DNA from: Terriglobia bacterium
Lineage (GTDB): Bacteria > Acidobacteriota > Terriglobia > Acidiferrales > 2-02-FULL-67-57
Direction of reading: 5' to 3'
DNA length: 51,665 bases
Assembly: GCA_046758465.1 (NCBI GenBank)
Contig: JBHIAG010000003.1
Location: forward strand, 1-51,665
Shown: positions 48,807 through 51,665 of the stretch, piece after piece
Position numbering within the stretch: the stretch's first letter is position 1
Layout: each line of letters begins with the position of its first letter
The notes under the pieces: generated by a model
Seen by the model: only the letters and a program-made list of their open reading frames with translations
The model's database searches: none
Told to the model about the DNA's origin: nothing
Position numbers and translations under genes: made by a program

Positions 48807-49055
48807 GCGATGGAAGGTCTTGCCAGCGGCTCTTGGTGGAGTCAGCAGCGGATGGTAGGTGTGGATGCTATGCGGATTTGCCGTTCACTCTCGCAATAGC
48901 ATCCGTGACGTGCCTATGAGCCTGCCCCTGTCTCAGGCACTCGCGGTGCTTAAGGCCATGGTGCCCAACACGGGCGCCAGCGCGCTGGTATTCGCGCCAT
49001 GAAAAAGAACTCCTCCAGTTCCAGCGCGACTGCTCTTACGTCCCATGTATTGTCT

Positions 49056-49084
49056 TTGATTCCCGTAGCGTTTCGCCCTATTAT
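49056..49084 (+). promoter_or_regulatory. sigma-70-type promoter of the HAMP-pilin pair
   Basis: TTGATT, 17-nt spacer, TATTAT. Confidence 0.5.
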
Positions 49085-49162
49085 GCGCAGAGATGGTATT
49101 CAACTAGGTCAGTTTCCTGAGTATGGAGGCGTAGCATGCCGGCGAGAGGTTCTTCCAGGGAG

Positions 49163-49768
49163 ATGGCCGGGGCGCGCGCGGCGACGCGAGTGCGCAAGTG
49201 GGCGCGGCGCAAAATCATTATCAACGCTGGCTATCAATTCCGCACGCTGTTGCCGATCCTATTCTATACCGGTGTTTTCGCAGTCCTGGTGGCAGGACTT
49301 GTTTTCTTCCCCCTGCATCGCGAGTGGAACGAGGAACCTGACTTGGGCCTCCGCGCGCTGTTGCAGCAGCGACTGTCTGAACTGCATTGGCAGTTGTGGC
49401 CGATGCTCCTGCTGGCAGCCTTTCTGGCCTTGGGCTACGCCTTGCTGCGCTCCCACCACGTCGCCGGACCCTTCTATCGCCTCCGCCACGTGCTACAACG
49501 TATGATTGAAGGGGATTACCGAGGCGTACGCTTTCGGCGGGGTGACGAGTTCCGCGAGTTTGAGGCCATTGTCAGCCAATTGGGCAAGAAGATGCAGATG
49601 CTTGCGACGCGGAATCGGGATGTCTTGATGAGTGTAGAAAGTCGCGTCAAGCAACTTGCTCTGCGCCTGGACAACGAGGAACTCCCCAAGGCAGAGGTGC
49701 AGACCGCGCTCGATGCGATTTTGGCGCAACTGGGCAAGGCACGTGAGCGCACCCCGGTAATCCGCTAG
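49163..49768 (+). CDS. Two-TM membrane protein with a HAMP domain and no output domain
   Basis: RRK..IN..YQ N-terminus, two TM helices, SHHVAGP..R......GD....FRRGDEF HAMP; alternative start at 49136. Confidence 0.75.
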   Translation: MAGARAATRVRKWARRKIIINAGYQFRTLLPILFYTGVFAVLVAGLVFFPLHREWNEEPDLGLRALLQQRLSELHWQLWPMLLLAAFLALGYALLRSHHVAGPFYRLRHVLQRMIEGDYRGVRFRRGDEFREFEAIVSQLGKKMQMLATRNRDVLMSVESRVKQLALRLDNEELPKAEVQTALDAILAQLGKARERTPVIR

Positions 49769-49776
49769 GAGGAGCG

Positions 49777-50226
49777 ATGCGCCGCCGTTCGGCTGCGGGG
49801 TTCAGTTTGATCGAACTGATGATTGTGATCGCTATCATCATGGTGTTGATCACGATGGCCATGCCGAGCATCATGGCGACCCTGCAACGTGCCCACGAGG
49901 CGGCTGCGGTCGCGATGCTGCGCAAGCTCCACACCGACCAGGAGGGCTACCGGATTTCCAACCAGGAATATGCCGACGACTTCAGACTCCTCGATACCGA
50001 CTTTGGCCAAATCAGTCAAGGCGGTGACGTTCTCCTCTACTCGAACTACATCTTCCGCCTCACCGCGTTGTTGGGACCGGGCCAGTCATCGCTAGATCAA
50101 TGGGAGTGCACGGCAGAGCCAGTGCGGGCGCGCGGCTCGGCTCGATATTTTTACATCGACGACACCGGGATCATCCGCTACGAGATCGGGAACTTCGCGA
50201 CCAGCTCCAGTCCCGTCTTTCGGTAA
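49777..50226 (+). CDS. Type IV pilin / pseudopilin
   Basis: AGGAGG RBS; basic leader then G|FSLIELMIVIAII prepilin cleavage site with Glu5. Confidence 0.92.
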   Translation: MRRRSAAGFSLIELMIVIAIIMVLITMAMPSIMATLQRAHEAAAVAMLRKLHTDQEGYRISNQEYADDFRLLDTDFGQISQGGDVLLYSNYIFRLTALLGPGQSSLDQWECTAEPVRARGSARYFYIDDTGIIRYEIGNFATSSSPVFR

Positions 50227-50256
50227 GGGTCCTGCGTGTTTGAGGGTGGCGCAGGC

Positions 50257-51516
50257 TTAGAGGTTGCGTTGGCGGGTTTCCGGGGTGTCGGGCTCCTTGG
50301 GGATCACGACGATGCCGGTTTCGGAGACATGGAAGCGCTGGCGGTCGCGTGCGAGGTCGTAGCCGATGATGTCGCCGGCTCCAATGTGCACGTTCTTGTC
50401 GATGATGGTGCGGCGGATGCGCGCGCGGGGGCCGACATAGACGTTATCGAGCAGAATCGACTCGCGCACTTCACACCCGGCATCAAGAAAAATATTGCGG
50501 CCCAGGACCGAGTCTTTTACGTAGCCACCAGCCAGAATACAACCCGGCGAGACAACGGATTGAATTGCGGTGCCCCGGCGGCCCTCCTCGTCGAACACGA
50601 ACTTTGCGGGCGGGTCGTTGAAGCTCGTGGTTATGATGGGCCACTTCCAGTTGAAGAGGTTCAGCTGGGGCTGGACGTTTTTGAGGTCGAGGGTAGCCTC
50701 GTAGTAGGTCTCAATGGTGCCGACGTCGCGCCAGTAGGCCCTCTCTTCCGGCGCGTGACTGCCCGGGATGCGATTCAGAGAGAAGTCATAGGCGTACATG
50801 GCGCAGGTGTCGGGCAGTGTGGGCAGAATGGAGCGACCGAAATCGTGAGCCGAATCCGGCCGCTCGGCATCGGCCCGTAGGGTTTCGACCAGTGTTTTGG
50901 GGTCCAACGCGTAGTTCCCCATGGAGGCCAGAGCGAGTTCAGAGTTGTGTGGCAGGGTGGGCGGCTTGTCGGGCTTTTCGACGAAGCGCAGTACCTTGCC
51001 GCGCTCGTCCACCGAGAGGATGCCGAACTCGCTGGCTTGCTCGCGAGAGACGGGAACGCAGGCGACGCTGGCCTTGGCTCTGCTTTCCAGATGGAAGTTA
51101 ATCATTTGCCGAATCTGCATCTTGTAGATGTGGTCGGCGCCGAAGACCACGACGACGTCAGGCTGAAACTGTTCGATCAGGTTGATGTTTTGAAAGACAG
51201 CGTCGGCGGTGCCCTGGTACCAGTCTGGCCCGAGTTGCATCTGAGCGGGGACGACGCGGATGAAGGCGTCGCGCCCGGCGACGCGGTGCATCCAGCCACG
51301 CTGAATATGTTCGAGAATGGACTGGGCCTTGTACTGTGTCAGGACGTAGATGGCGTGGATACCGGAGTTGACCAGGTTGCTCAGGACGAAGTCAATGATG
51401 CGGTAGCGACCGGCAACGGGGACGGCGGGTTTGGTGCGGTCGCGTGTAAGCGGCCAGAGCCGTTCACCGCGTCCGCCCGCCATTACGAACGCGAGAATAC
51501 GTGGGACTGCTACCAT
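50257..51516 (-). CDS. glgC: Glucose-1-phosphate adenylyltransferase
   Basis: AGGRGERL.PLT..R.KPAVP, YQGTADAV, ADHIY, FVEKP, DFG, YWRDVGT, C-terminal beta-helix. Confidence 0.97.
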   Translation of the reverse strand: MVAVPRILAFVMAGGRGERLWPLTRDRTKPAVPVAGRYRIIDFVLSNLVNSGIHAIYVLTQYKAQSILEHIQRGWMHRVAGRDAFIRVVPAQMQLGPDWYQGTADAVFQNINLIEQFQPDVVVVFGADHIYKMQIRQMINFHLESRAKASVACVPVSREQASEFGILSVDERGKVLRFVEKPDKPPTLPHNSELALASMGNYALDPKTLVETLRADAERPDSAHDFGRSILPTLPDTCAMYAYDFSLNRIPGSHAPEERAYWRDVGTIETYYEATLDLKNVQPQLNLFNWKWPIITTSFNDPPAKFVFDEEGRRGTAIQSVVSPGCILAGGYVKDSVLGRNIFLDAGCEVRESILLDNVYVGPRARIRRTIIDKNVHIGAGDIIGYDLARDRQRFHVSETGIVVIPKEPDTPETRQRNL

Positions 51517-51665
51517 CGTTTCCTATTGGCAAAAGAGTGATTCTTGCAGGGCGCGACCGCCGTCCTTTCTCCCCCCGGCAGACGAGAGAACCGCCCCCTG
51601 TTTGAAAGACGGCCTATGGCCTCTCTTACGAATGCATCTCCATTCTAGCATGCGATGTGCGCGCT

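Larger units (their letters stand above)
33765..49000. mobile_element. Putative tRNA-anchored accessory region (degenerate island); right boundary approximate
   Basis: Starts at the tRNA 3' end; visibly more A/T-rich codons at 33.8-37.1 kb and 44.8-46.7 kb; long intergenic gaps and gene relics. No integrase or attR found. Confidence 0.4.

Noticed and set aside
1-51665. CRISPR arrays, rRNA, integrases/transposases, defence systems, riboswitches
   Set aside because: No regularly spaced repeats or diagnostic motifs seen by eye; a covariance-model scan was not possible.

Overview
GC-rich bacterial chromosome segment, probably Acidobacteriota (an inference from gene content and several small gene families, not a computed assignment). 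Bases 1-33.7 kb are mostly core genes: an ABC-2 exporter, a TlpA-type thioredoxin, a GT2 glycosyltransferase, folE, rpsO-pnp, EamA/TauE/DUF1634 transporters, purC, smc, cysS, a class III aminotransferase, two tandem paralogous methyltransferases, yraN, galT and tRNA-Cys. This part also holds a PTS-independent peptidoglycan-recycling cluster (murA, murQ, a GH3/beta-lactamase-fold fusion, namZ, APC and SSS transporters, a BadF-type sugar kinase). After tRNA-Cys comes a compositionally patchy accessory region (about 33.8-49.0 kb). It carries an orphan lsrF beside a class II aldolase/SDR fusion, and a dense signalling block: two sigma-54 activators, two histidine kinases, three stand-alone receivers and a REC/HD-GYP protein. 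The window ends with a HAMP-only membrane protein, a type IV pilin and glgC. The most notable items missed by the ORF track are: (1) several sigma-54 promoter/IHF/enhancer modules driving small unannotated genes; (2) a frameshifted Hedgehog/M15-type zinc peptidase at the head of the signalling operon; (3) a fused relic of two queD/PTPS genes before folE; (4) a pnp 5' end lacking its expected start codon; (5) a chemically plausible new route feeding LsrF. All family calls come from reading motifs by eye; no searches were run.
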